In this document: positions 45,908 to 58,309 of the stretch, one piece after another
Position numbering within the stretch: the stretch's first letter is position 1
Layout of the letters: every line of letters starts with the position of its first letter
From: Squalus acanthias
Taxonomy: Eukaryota
DNA length: 64,000 nt
Assembly (NCBI GenBank): GCA_030390025.1
Contig: CM059432.1
Coordinates: 2,914,001-2,978,000 of the forward strand
Direction: 5' to 3'
Program-made: the position numbers and the translations under genes
Notes under the pieces: model-generated
The model's input: only the letters and a program-made list of their open reading frames with translations
Told to the model about the DNA's origin: nothing
Databases searched by the model: none

Positions 45908-47125
45908 GAACATAGGAACAGGAGGAGGCCATTCAGCCCCTCGAGCCTGTTCTGCCATTCAATGAGATCATGGCTGATCTGCGACCTAACTCCATATACC
46001 CGCCTTTGGTCCATATTCCTTAATACCTTTGGTTAACAGGAAGCTATCAATCTCCGTTTTAAAATTAACAATTGATCTAGCATCAACTGCCATTTGTGGA
46101 AGAGAGTTCCAAACTTCCACCACCCTTTGTGTGTTGAAGTGTTTCCTAATTTCACTCCTGAAAAGGTCTGGCTCTAATTTTTAGACACTGCCCCCTAGTC
46201 CTAGAATCCCCAACCAATGGAAATAGTTTCTCTCTATCTACCCGATCAGTTCCCCTTAATATCTTGAAAACTTCGATAAAATCACCCCTTAACCTTCTAA
46301 ATTCCAGGGAATACAACCCTAGTTTGTGTAATCTCTCTTCCTAATTTAACCCTTGAAGCCCGGGTATCATTCTGGTAAACCAACACTGCCCTCCCTCCAA
46401 GGCCAATATATCCTTCCTAAGGTGTGGTGCCCAGAACTGCTCACAGTTCTCTAGGTGTGGTCTAACCAGGGCTTTGAATAGCTGCAGCATAACTTCTACA
46501 GCCTTCTATTCTAGTCCTCTAGATATAAAGGCCAGCATTCCATTAGCCTTTCTGATTATTTTCTGTACCTGTTCATGATGTTTTAATGATCTATGTACCT
46601 GGACCGCCCCCCCCCCCGCCTCTTTGGACCTCCACTGTTTTTAGCTTTTCACCATTTAGAAAGTACCCTGTTCTATCCTTTTTAAGTCCAAAGTGGATGA
46701 CTTCACACTTGCCTGTATGAAATCCATTTGCCACAGTTTTGCCCATTCACTTAATCTATCAATATCTCTTTGTAATCTTATGCTTCCATCTACGCTGCCT
46801 ACAATGCCGCCTATCTTTGTATCATCGGCAAACTTGGATATGTGGCTCTCTATCCCATCATCTAAGTTGTTAATAAATACGGTGACTAGTTGAGGCCCCA
46901 ACACAGATCCCTGCGAGACACCACTAGTCACATCCTGCCAATTAGAGTATCTGCCCATTTTCCCTACTCTCTGTCTCCTGCCGCTCAGCCGATCTCCTAA
47001 CCAGGTCAATAATCTGCCCTCCATTCCATGAGCTTCAACTTTAGCTAACAGTCTGTGATGAGGGACTTTATTGAATGCCTTCTGGAAGTCCATATAAATA
47101 ACATCCATTGACATTCCCCTGTTCC
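45908..47125 (-). mobile_element. CR1 LINE, 5'-truncated
   Basis: DVIYMDFQKAF...GVSQGSVLGP...SKFADDTKIGG. Confidence 0.94.
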
Positions 47126-47379
47126 ACAATCACCGGAACAAAGCAAAGTATTGCAGCTCTACCACATCCAGACAACCAGGAGGAGGCAAGTTCCCACCTC
47201 AACCAGCCGTGGCTCAGTGGGTAGCACCCTCGCCTCTTGAGTCAGAAGGTTGTGGGCTCAAGTCCCACTCCATGACCTTTTGATATTGCTGCTTCTTAGA
47301 GAGGGACCAACCCAAAGGAATCTAATGAGGCAGCTGAGTACAATTATTTTTTATTCATTCACGGGATGTGGGCGTCGCT

Positions 47380-47630
47380 TTCTGAGGAATTTCTTCTCTC
47401 AGAGGGTCGTGAATCTTTGGAATTCTCTACCCCAGAGAGCTGTGGAGGTTGAGTCATTGAATATACCCAAGGCGGAGATAGACAGATATTTGAACTGCAG
47501 GGGAGTCAAGGGTTATGGGGAGCGGGCAGGAAAGTGGAGTTGAGGCCGAGATCAGATCAGCCATGATCTTATTGAATGGCGGAGCAGGCTCGAGGGGTCG
47601 AATGGCCTACTCCTGCTCCTATTTCTTATG
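47380..47630 (+). mobile_element. CR1 3' fragment
   Basis: RNFFSQRVVNLWNSLPQRAVE. Confidence 0.88.
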
Positions 47631-47847
47631 TACCATTATGCTACACTTCCCATCACATAAACGCACGTAGATTTCAACATCCCAATCTAATCACAGATAC
47701 ATGCACACTCGGGAAACGATTCAGGAAGTATTTGCTTTGGATCCTCTAAATTTGAGCCACTTGTGAAAGTGATTCAACATGTGACCATGTGGGATATGAA
47801 CACTTGTGCTAGAGTCCTGGAAACTCATAAGCCTCATTAAACCTAAT

Positions 47848-48308
47848 AGAAAGAAAGACTTGCATTTCTATAGCGCCTTTAACGACCACCGGACCTCTCA
47901 AAGCGCTTTACAGCCAATGAAGTGTAGTCACTGTTGTAATGTAGGAAACGCGGCAGCCAATTTGTGCACAGCAAGCTCCCACAAACAGCAGTGTGATAAT
48001 GACCAGATAATCAGTTTTTGTTATGTGGATTGAGGGATAAATATTGGCCCAGGACACCGGGGAGAACTCCCCTACTCTTCTTCGAAATAGTGCCATGGGA
48101 TCTTTTACATCCACCTGAGAGAGCAGACGGGGCCTCGGTTTAACGTCTCATCCGAAAGACAACACCTCCGGCAGTGCAGCACTCCCTCAGCACGGCACTG
48201 GGAGTGTCAGCCTAGCTTTATGTGCTCAAGTCCCTGAAGTGGGATTGTGAACCCACAACCTTCTGACTCAGAGGCGAGTGTGCTACCAACTGAGCCACAG
48301 CTGACACT
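47848..48308 (-). mobile_element. Deu-SINE, full length
   Basis: Head, core and tail. Confidence 0.9.
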
Positions 48309-48509
48309 GGCCCAGATTTTGTTGTCACAAGACATCTAACAGTATCTGCCGTTAGTTAGACTTGCCCCCTGCATGTTTAGCTTTTTTAATTTTTCGCGTG
48401 ACAAGTTGCTGAAAGTGTGAGCTGATAATGGCGCAGCGAGGGGAAACTGGGCATCTGGGACCTGAGCGAACAGGGCAAGCAACTGTGTATCTTCTTAACC
48501 TGACACGTT

Positions 48510-48950
48510 TCTGAGTCAGAAGGTTGTGGGTTCAAGCACCGCTCCAGAGACTTGAGCACAAAATCTAGGCTGACATTCCAGTGCAGTGCTGAGGGAGTGC
48601 TGCACTGCCGGAGGTGTCGTCTTTCGGATGAGACCTTAAACCAAGGCCCCATCTGCTCTCTCAGGTGGATGTAAATCTTCCCACGGCACTATTTCGAAGA
48701 AGAGTAGGGGAGTTCTCCCCGGTGTCCTGGGGCCAATATTTAATCCCACAACCAATATCACTACAACAGATTATCTGGTCATTATCAAATTGCTGTTTGT
48801 GGGACCTTGCTGTGCACAAATTGGCTGCCACATTTCCCACATTACAACAGTGACCACACTTCAAAAAAGTACTTCATTGGCTGTAAAGCACTTTGGGATG
48901 TCCGATGGTCGCAAAAGGTGATATAGAAATGCAAGTCTTTATTTTTCTTT
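48510..48950 (+). mobile_element. Deu-SINE
   Basis: B box, core and tail; TTAACC on both flanks. Confidence 0.88.
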
Positions 48951-49259
48951 TTAACCAATCAGATCGAAGAATTCTGAAATTAACAGGGCAGGGACTGAGA
49001 GGGAAGTGTAAATTCGAGTGGGTGAATTCAATGTCAAATCAGGCACAGAAAGAGAAATAAAGAGAGGGAAAGAAAGATTGAATTAAGAGAGAGAAAAAAA
49101 AGAGACAGAAAGGGAAAGTCAAAAAAAAGTAAAAATTCTAAATTTGACATTTTTAAAATCTCCAACAACAATTAAAAGCTGAAGGAATGAGATTTCTCAT
49201 TTGCAATAGTTAATGTTCAGTGCCACGGTGTTTGATTGGCAGTAATTAACACTTATCAT

Positions 49260-49384
49260 CAACGTTCCTGCGCAGGCCGCTCACCGGCTTTTCAATGGAC
49301 ATAATCTCGCGTGCACAAAAATTTGAATGGGCCGCGCAGCCAGTTAAAGGGACCGCGCACAAAAAAAAACTAGAAGCATCATTG
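49260..49384. mobile_element. hAT MITE, family A (inverted)
   Basis: CAACGTTCC...CATCATTG with flanks CTTATCAT / CTTATCGC; internal sequence is the reverse complement of 18100-18170. Confidence 0.65.
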
Positions 49385-49588
49385 CTTATCGCATCGCTAA
49401 AAGGGTACTTAGAATTGAAACGACTTGACTTTCTGTGGTGAGTTTAGTCCGTATCTACCGCACAAATACAGCAGCTTCACGCCGCGCAGTGCGTTTCAAT
49501 GCTGAGGAAGACGGCGCGATGCCGTTTCCGCAAATCTAACGGCGGAGCGGCGCAACTGGGACAGCGACTTTTGGATAGCCGCGTTTAA

Positions 49589-50607
49589 CCCAGGACATTG
49601 CTGCAGGAGTTCCTCAGGGCAGTGTCCTAGGCCCAACTATCTTCAGCTGCTTCATCAATGACCTTCTCTCCACCATAAGGTCAGAAGTGGGGATGTTCGC
49701 TGATGATTGCACAGTGTTCAGCGCCATTCACAACTCCTCAGATAATGAAGCAGTCCATGCCCACATGCAGAAAGACCTGGAAGACGTTCAGGCTTGGGCT
49801 GATAAGTGGCAGGTAACTTTTGCGCCACACAAGTGCCAGGCAATGACTATCTCCAACAAGAGAGAGTCTAACCACTGCCCCTTGACATTCAACAGTATTA
49901 CCATCGTTGAATCCCCCACCATCAACATCCTGGGGGGTCACCATTGACCAGAAACTTAACTGGACCAACGACATAAATACTGTGGCAAAAAGAGCAGATC
50001 AGAGGCTAGGTATTCTGCAGCGAGTGTCTCACCTCCTGACTCCCCAAAGTCTTTCCACCATCTACAAGGCGCAAGTCAGGAGTGTGATGGAATACTCTCC
50101 ACTTGTCTGGATGAGTGCAGCTCCAACAACACTCAAGAAGCTCGACACCATCCAAGACAAAGCAGCCCACTTGATTGGCACCCCGTCCACCACCTTAAAC
50201 ATTCACTCCCTCCACCACCGGTGTACCGTGGCTGCAGTGTGTACCATCTACAAGATGCACTGCAGCAACTCGCCGAGGCTTCTTCGGCAGCACCTCCCAA
50301 ACCCGCGACCTCTTCCACCTAGAAGGACAAGGGCAGCAGGCGCATGGGAACACCACCACCTCCAAGTTCCCCTCCAAGTCACACACCATCCTGACTTAGA
50401 AGTATATCGCCGATCCTTCATCGTCGCTGGGTCAAAATCCTGGAACTGCCTCCCTAACAGCACTGTGGGAGCACCTTCTCCACACAGACTGCAGCGGTTC
50501 AAGAAGGCGGCTCACCACCACCTTCTCAAGGGCAATTAGGGATGGGCAATAAATGCTGGCTTTGCCAGCGACGCCCACATCCCATAAAAACGAATAATAA
50601 AAAAAAA
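49589..50607 (+). mobile_element. Zenon-like CR1-group LINE, 5'-truncated
   Basis: GVPQGSVLGP, MFADD, IYKAQVRSVMEYSPLVW...KAAHHHLLKGN*, stem-loop and poly(A). Confidence 0.87.
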
Positions 50608-50814
50608 CACAGTTTTGGGAACCCCTGCCCTGAGCCATAAACACGATTCTAAAACACTTCAGCAGTTCTTGTGCTGGAGATCTTTCGAGCAGGCAACAAA
50701 AACGTCTGGCGTGAATTTTCTATTGAAACCAATCAGAATATAAAAAATATGCTGTTAACCTCTCCCTACCCCTTCACCTCGATAATTATAGTTTTTTTTA
50801 TTCGCAAAAAAAAA

Positions 50815-51338
50815 AGAAGGCAGGAGAGATTAAGAGACAAAAGGGATGATGGTGCGAGGCAAAAGGAGATGGTAATGGGACAAGTTAAGAAACAAAAGAT
50901 GACTCTAGATGAAGTGTAAATGGGAATGGCTGAATGATCGACAGCTGCCATGTGAGAGAGAGAAAAAAAAAGGTAAAAATGGAAAAAAGGAAAAAAGGAA
51001 AAAAAGACAGGGGCCGAGGTTATGATCTGAAATTGTTGAACTCGATGTTGAGTCCGGAAGGCTGTAAAGTGCCTAATAGAAAGATGAAGTGCTGTTCCTC
51101 AAGCTTACGTTGAACTTCATTGGAACAGTGTAAGAGGCCAAGGACGGAGAGGTCAGAGTGGGAGTGGAGCGGAGAATTAAAGTGACAGGCGACCGGAAGC
51201 TCGGGGTCAACCTTACGGACTGAACGGAGGTGTTCGGCAAAGCAGTCACCCAATCTGCGTTTGGTCGCCCCAATATAGAGGAGACCGCATCGTGAGCAGC
51301 GAACACAGTATACTAAACTGCAAGAAGTACAAGTAAAT
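50815..51338 (-). mobile_element. Penelope-like element relic with GIY-YIG endonuclease domain
   Basis: Minus frame 51337-51020 reads FTCTSCSLVYCVRCSRCGLLYIGATKRRLGDCFAEHLRSV...PVACHFN...LEEQHFIFLLGTLQPSGLN. Confidence 0.9.
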
Positions 51339-51849
51339 TGGATTCTTCAAATAGTTCGCCAAGATTAATTGACACTTAAATTTGTTTTCGCTCAGTGTCT
51401 CTGATGTAATCAAGTTAAGTAGGCAGGTGTTCGGCCAATCTCCAGCGGACCCGGGGTCGAGTTCTGGTTGCTATGGTCAAGTTGCTATGGTGATTCTGTC
51501 CTCCACTGTGTGCTCTTTAACAACGTGCAAGTTAACAATCCCTTTAATAGGTTTTGACCTTTCAGCCTGCCAGAGGCGATTTTTACATCAAACTTTCGTT
51601 TAGCAGACGTATTTTTACCACACTTGGTGTCACCATAATGATCAGAAAACTGTAGTGGTTTAACTAAAATTGTGCGTCGGTACATATTTGTTCTTTGATA
51701 ATAAAAAGACACGGACAATGTGAGTACGGTATTGGATACTGCAGTGATGGGTCAAACACCGTACGTTGGCCTTGGCTCAGAGGGTCGCATTTCGGGACCG
51801 ACAAGGAGTTGGCGTCAGCGGCGGAGGATAAAGAGCGCGGGAGGGACCA

Positions 51850-52221
51850 TACAAGATTCCGAGGGGGATTGACAGGGTAGATGCAGAGAGGTTGTTTCCC
51901 CCTGGCTGGAGAGTCTAAAACCAGGGGGCAGAGTCTCAGGATAAGAGGTCGCCTATTTAGCACTGAGATGAGGAGGAATTTCTTCACTGAGGGTGGTGAA
52001 TCTTTGGAATTCTCTACCCCAGAGGGCTGTGGAGGCTCAGTCGTTGAGTATATTCAAGGCTGAGATCGATAGATTTTTGGACTCATGGGGAATCGAGGGA
52101 TATGGAGATCGGGCGGGAAAGTGGAGTTGAGGTCGAAGATCAGCCATGATCTTATTGAATGGCGGAGCAGGCTCGAGGGGCCGTGTGGCCGACTCCTGCT
52201 CCTAATTCTTATGTTCTTATG
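51850..52221 (+). mobile_element. CR1 3' fragment
   Basis: FPLAGESKTRGQSLRIRG...; TTCTTATG tail repeat. Confidence 0.9.
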
Positions 52222-52259
52222 AGTCGGCAACTGAGGCCGATACAAACCCGGCAAATTCC

Positions 52260-54848
52260 GAAAGAACAGCAAAAATCAAGGAGTGATGTCACAGGACAGC
52301 CATTAGGTGATTGGTGGGTGCGTGCTAGCGTTTTATTCTCTCTAACTTAACAAGATAAACTAACTATAATATAACTATCAATAATCGTGCGAGTAAAGAC
52401 TTTAGCTAAGAGAGCGAGAGAAACGGCCGGAGATAAAGGCAGGCCCGACTCTTAAGACTTTTAAGTCTATTTCTGTAAGTTAGTTAATAGTCGAATAAAT
52501 AGAGGCATGGCAGGGCAGCTCAGTCCCGTGGAATGCTCATCCTGTGCCATGTGGGAAATCCAGGCTGCTTCCCGTGTCCTGGGCAACCATGTGTGCAGGA
52601 AGTGTCGAGCGTGGGCAGCAGCTGGCGTCACTGCGGTGCATCCACGAGGCTGAGAGCTACGTGGACAGCACGTTTCAGGAGGTGGTCACCCCGCAGCATA
52701 AGAGTGTGCAGGCAGCGAGGGAATGGGTGACCGTCAGACAGACAAGGAGGACCAGGCAGGTAGTACAACAGTCTCCTGAGTGCATCTCGCTCTCCAACCA
52801 GTATGAATACTGGTGAGGGTGATGGTTCCTCTGGGGAGTACAGCCAGAGCCAAGTCCACGGCTCCACGGGTGGCTCAGCTGTACGGGGGGGTGGGGGGGG
52901 AGGAGCAAGATCGGGAAGGCAATAATGGTAGGGGATTCGATAGTTAGTGGAACAGACATGCGTTTCTGCGGCCGCAGACGTGACTCCAGGATGGTGTGTT
53001 GCCTCCCTGGTGCCAGGGCCAAGGATGTCACTGAGCAGCTGCAGAACATTCTCACGGGGGAGGGTAAACAGCCAGAGGTCGTGGTCCATATCGGTACCAA
53101 CGACATAGGTAGAAAAAGCAGATGAATGTGTGGCTGGAGAGATGGTACAGGAGGGAGGGCTTCAGATTCCTGGGGCATTGGGGCCGGTTCTGGGGGAGAT
53201 GGGACCTGTAAAGGCCGGACTGGTTGCACCTCAACAGAACTGGAACCAATGTCCTCGCGGGGAGTGGGGGGGGTAGGGGGGGTGGTTGCTGGTGCGGTTG
53301 GGGAGAGTTTAAACTAATTTGGCAGGGGGATGGGCACCAGAAAGGAGAAACAAGGTGCACAAAGGATTGGGAGAGGCAGAGAGCACTCGAGTAAGAAACA
53401 GTACGGTATTAGGTGGGGTCAGACTGAGAGAGAATACAAGAAGGTTCACAGTGCATGTGTGTAAACGCACGAAGTGTGGTAAACAAGGTTGGTGAGCTGC
53501 AGGCACAAATAGCCACATGGGAATATGATGATGTGGCGATAGCTGAGACCTGGCTCAACAAAGGGCAGAATTGGGTTTTAAATATTCCAGGATATAAGGT
53601 GTTCAGGAAAGATAGGGAAGGAAAGAAAGGAGTTGGGGTGGCAGTATTGGTTCAGGAGAATGTTACAGTGCTGGAGAGAGAGGATGTCCTGGAGAGGTCA
53701 AGAACTGAATCTATTTGGTTAGAGTTAATGAATAATAGAGGTGCCATTACACTACTAGGTATATTCTATAGACCACCAACTAGTGGGAAAGATATAGAGA
53801 AACAAATTTGCAGGGAAATTACAGAGAGGTGCAAGAACTATAGAGTAGTAACAATGGGGGACTTCAACTATCCTAATATAGACTGGGATCGTAATAGTGT
53901 AAAGGGCAGAGAGGGGGAGGAATTTCTGAAGTGTGTTCAGGAGAACTTTCTTGATCCAGCCATTGCTTCCGGCCCGATGAGGGAGGAGGCATTGCTGGAT
54001 CTGGTTCTGGGGAATGAGGTGGGTCAAGTGGAGCAAGTGTCAGTAGGTGAACATTTAGGGAACAGTGATCATAGTATCATAAGGTTTAGATTAGTTATGG
54101 AAAAAGACAGGGAGCAAACTAGAGTAAAAATACTTAACTGGGGGAAGGCCAATTTCAGTGGGTTGAGAACGGATCTGGCCCGGGTAAATTGGAATCAAAG
54201 ATTGGCAGGCAAAACTGTAATCGAACAATGGGCTGCCTTTAAAGCAGTAATAGTTTGGGTACATTCCCACGAGGGGGAAAGGTAGGGCAACTAAAGTCAG
54301 GGCTCCCTGGATGATGAAAGGGATAGAGAATATGATGAAGCAGAAAAAGAGCATGTAAGTCAGATGTCGGGTTGCAAATACATCTGAGAATCAGGCTAAA
54401 CATAGAAAGGTCAGAGGAGAAGTGAAAAAGAAAATAAGAGGGGCAAAGAGAAGGTATGAGAATAAAATGGCAGCTAACATAAAAGATAATCCAAAAGTCT
54501 TCTAAAGGCACATAAATAGTAAACGGGTAGTAAGGGGGGTGGGGGTGCGGCCGATTAGGGAGCAAAAAGGAGACCTACGCATGGAGGCAGAGGGTATGGC
54601 TGAGGTACTAAATGTGTACTTTGCATCTGTCTTCACCAAGGAAGAGGATGCTGCCATAGACAAAGTAAAAGAGGAGGTAGAGGAGATACTGGATGGGATA
54701 AGAATTGATAAAGACGAGGTACTAGAAAGGCTGGCTGTACTTAAAGTAGATAAATCACCAGGACCAGATGGGATGCATCCTAGGATGCTGAGGGAAGTGA
54801 AGGGCGAAATCACGGAGGTACTGGCCATAATCTTCCAATCCTCCTTAG
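52260..54848 (+). mobile_element. CR1 LINE 5' half: 5' UTR, ORF1 (zinc finger plus SGNH esterase), ORF2 APE endonuclease; 3' half missing
   Basis: ATG at 52507: MAGQLSPVECSSCAMWE...HVCRKC; VGDSIV...VCCLPGA...VVHIGTNDIG; APE motifs NARS, ETWL, YRPP, GDFN, LDLV, SDH at 53455-54285. Confidence 0.93.
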
Positions 54849-55241
54849 AAACCAGTGGACCAGAAACCAGAGGCGCTATATAAATGCAAGTTATTTATTT
54901 TCTTTCTTTTTATTAGGCAAGTTGCTGGGACCTGCCTCAAAAAGAAAAAAGAAAGACTTGCACGACATCAGGACATCCCAGAGCGCTTTACAGCCAATGA
55001 AGTACTTTTGAAGTGCAGTCACTGTTGTAATCTTTTATGTCCACCTGACAGAGCAGACGGGGCCTTGGTTTAACGTCTCATCCATCTCAGCACTTGGAGA
55101 CTGACTAGGAGTGGTAAAGAGTGTGAAGACTCTGGATAGGAGTTCAGACATAGATGAGGATTGTTAATCCATTGAACTAATACCAACTGAGAGCACCTTC
55201 GGTTTGGACTCGCTGTTTTTTTTCAAACTGTGGATTTTTTT

Positions 55242-55260
55242 TGACCACTAGATGGGAGTA
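55242..55260 (+). promoter_or_regulatory. Candidate CTCF site
   Basis: TGACCACTAGATGGGAGTA fits the CTCF core, in non-repeat sequence. Confidence 0.42.
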
Positions 55261-55628
55261 CAGATACGAAACACAATTTCACAACCGCTTAAAGGGACAT
55301 GGTCCTTAAACGGTAAACATAATTCACCTTAACATGCTAATGCACCACAAAAAGATGTCACTGTCTTACTTGCATTTAACATCATTGCAACAAAATGATG
55401 TACGGTTCTATGACTCCCCCATTCTCCCTGTAACTAGAACCCTACCTCTTCAAAACTACACTTCAAAAGTACTTCATTGGCTGTAGAGCGTTTTGTGACG
55501 TCCTGAGGTTGTGCGAGGCGCAATATAAATGCAAGTTCTTTCTTTTCTTTCTTTACCGCCATGTTTTTGTCAAAACAGAATGAAGTGCTTTTAAAGGTGA
55601 AGGGCCCCCTTTTTGAAGACAGTGAAAG

Positions 55629-55774
55629 CAATGCTCCCTCTCATTTTCTTTAACTGGCTGCGTGGCCTATTCAGATTTTCGCGCATGCGCGGTTTCTCCC
55701 ATTTAAAAGCCATTGAGCGGCCTGCGTGGGACCTCCAGACCACTGCGTGGCCACGCAGATTAACAGGAACGTTG
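55629..55774. mobile_element. hAT MITE, family A
   Basis: CAATGCTCCCTCT...AGGAACGTTG with GTGAAAG duplicated on both flanks. Confidence 0.68.
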
Positions 55775-55799
55775 GTGAAAGACTACGAAAAATTCAAAA

Positions 55800-57617
55800 A
55801 TGGGTTGAGAATGCATGTACGTAAACGCACAAAGTGTGGTGAATAAGGTTGGCGAGCTACAAGCACAATTAGCCGTGTGGCAATATGATGTTGCGGCAAT
55901 AACGGAAACGTGGCTTAAAAACGGTGAGGACTGGGCACTTAATATTCAAGGGTACAAGGTGTTCAGAAAAGATAGCGAAGGAAAAAAGGGAGGTGGGGTG
56001 GCAGTGCTGATTCAGGAAGACATTGTAGTGTTGGAAAGGGAGGATGTTCTTGAGGGGACAAGGACAGAATCCATTTGGTTAGAGTTGAGGAGCAACAAGG
56101 GTATGATCACACTATTGGGGGTATTCTACAGGCCTCCAAATAGTGAGAGGGAGGTAGAGGAGCAAATCTGCAGGGAAATCGCAGAGATATGCAAGAGCTA
56201 TAGAGTGGTGATATTGGGGGACTTTAATTACCCAAATATCGATTGGGATAATGCAAGGGTAAAGGGAAAGGAGGGGGAGGAATTTCTGAAATGTGTTCAG
56301 GAGAATTTCCTTGACCAGTATGTTCTTGGCCCAACTAGGAAGGAGGCATTGCTGGATCTGGTGCTGGGGAATGAGGAGGGCCAGGTCGACCAAGTGTCTA
56401 TGGGAGAACACTTGGGTACGAGTGATCATCGTATCATTAGATTTAGATTAGCAATGGAGAGGAGCAAGGAACAATCTAGAGTGGAACTTCTAAACTGGAA
56501 TAGGGCTAACTTCAATGGGATGCGAAAGGATCTAGCAAGGGTAAAATGGAACCAAAGACTGACAGGAAAAACTGTAATGGAACAATGGGTTATCTTTAAG
56601 GAGGAGATGTTCCAAGTACAGGCTAGGTACATTCCAACAAGAGGGAAGGGTAAGGGAACCAAAGCAAGGGCTCCTTGGATGACGAGGGAGATTGAGAAGA
56701 TGATGAAACAAAAAAAGAGGGTGTAAGATGCATGTCAGGTGAATTATTCAAGGGAGAACCAGACCAAATACAATAAGTTGAGAGGGGAAGTGAAGATGAA
56801 AATAAGATTGGCAAAGAGAGAATATGAGAGTAGAATGGCGGTTAACATAAAAGGGAACCCAAAAATCTCCTACCGGCATGTAAACAGTAAGCGTGTAGTA
56901 AGAGGCAGCCTATTAGCGACAAAGAAGGTGATATATGCTTAGAGGCGCAGGGCAAGGCTAGAATACTCAATGAGTACTTTGTATCGGTGTTTACTAAGGA
57001 GGTGGATGCTGACAAAATATCGGTAGAAGTGGAAAAGATAGAAGCAATGGAAGGGGTGAAAATTGATAGACAGGATGTACTAGAAAGATTGGGTATGCTT
57101 AGAGTGGACAAGTCGCCTGGTCCAGATGGCTTGCATCCCAGATTGCTAAGGGAGTTGGGGGAGGAGATAGCAGAAGGGCTTGTCATAATTTTCCAATCTT
57201 CCCTAGATGCGGGGGAGGTGCCTGAGGACCTGAAAGTGGCAAATGTGACACCATTGTTCAAGAAAGGGTGTAAGGACAATCCTAGTAATTACAGGCCGGT
57301 CAGTTTAACATCTGGATAAAGTTTTAGAAAAAATAATCAAGGAAAAAATGATTGGGCACTTGGAGAGGTTTAAGCTAATTAAGGAGAGCCAACATGGATT
57401 TGTAAAAGGCAGATCATGTTTGACTAATCTATTTGAATTTTTTGATGAAGTAACAGGGAGGATTGATGAAGGGAAGGCAATGGATGTTGTCTACATGGAT
57501 TTTAGGAAGGTGTTTGACAAAGTACCACATAGAAGGCTGGTTAACAAAATTGAGGCTCATGGAATAGGTGGGTCAGTGGCAGCTTGGATAAGGAATTGGC
57601 TTAAGGACAGAAAACAG
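55800..57617 (+). mobile_element. CR1 ORF2 5' portion (APE plus N-terminal RT)
   Basis: 303-aa open APE frame at 55815-56726, followed by frameshifted RT. Confidence 0.94.
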
Positions 57618-57619
57618 TT

Positions 57620-58053
57620 ACTATTGAAAGTTACTATTGAATCTGCTTCCACCGCCCTTTCAAGCAGCGCATTCCAGATCACAACAACTCGCTGCGTAAA
57701 AGAAAATTCTCCTTCTCTCACCGCTAGTTCTTTTTCCAATTATCTTAAATTTGTGTCCTCTGGTTACCGACCCTCCTGCCAGTGGAAACAGTTTCTCCTT
57801 ATTTACTCCATCAAAACCCTTCGTGATTTTGAACACCTCTATCAAATCTCCCCTTAACCTTCTCTGCTCTAAGGAGAACAATCCCAGCTTCTCCAGTCTC
57901 TCCACATAACTGAAATCCCTCATCCCCTGGTACCATTCTAGTAAATCTCCTCTGCACCATCTCCAAGGCCTTGACATCCTGTGGTGCCCAGAATTGGACC
58001 CAATACTCCAGCTGAGGCCTAACCAGTGATTTATAAAGGTTTAGCATAACTTC
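57620..58053 (-). mobile_element. CR1 RT C-terminal fragment
   Basis: LYKSLVRPQLEYWVQFWAP...RRLRGDLIEVFKI. Confidence 0.9.
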
Positions 58054-58309
58054 CCTGCAGCTATAGCAGGTAAATGCGGATAATGGGATGTTTTTATTTG
58101 TAAGATCAGGTTGAAAAATGGGATTTCAATGTCTTTTGAAATGGAATGTTGTGATCCACCTCCCATTTCTAATACATAATAGATTACTGACATTGATGAT
58201 GTTGTAGTGAACGAAATCTCCAAGTTTGCAAGTGCTTCCAAAAATAGGAGGCAGAGCAAAAAATGGAGAATAATCCAACCAGAATCTAAATGGGGGTAGA
58301 AGAGCAAAC

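Larger units (their letters stand above)
48309..49590. mobile_element. Harbinger-like MITE (right end not found), carrying a Deu-SINE and a hAT MITE
   Basis: Starts GGCCCAGATTTTG; internal homology to 22175-22400 (reverse complement) and 61540-62688. Confidence 0.68.

Noticed and set aside
55815..56726. Open 303-aa APE endonuclease frame as an exapted gene
   Set aside because: It is followed by frameshifted RT sequence of the same element; an open stretch of this length is expected in a fairly young copy.
55800..58053. Plus-strand CR1 abutting a minus-strand CR1 as a twin-priming inversion
   Set aside because: The fragments meet at their 3'-facing ends and the minus piece has no tail, which is not twin-priming geometry.
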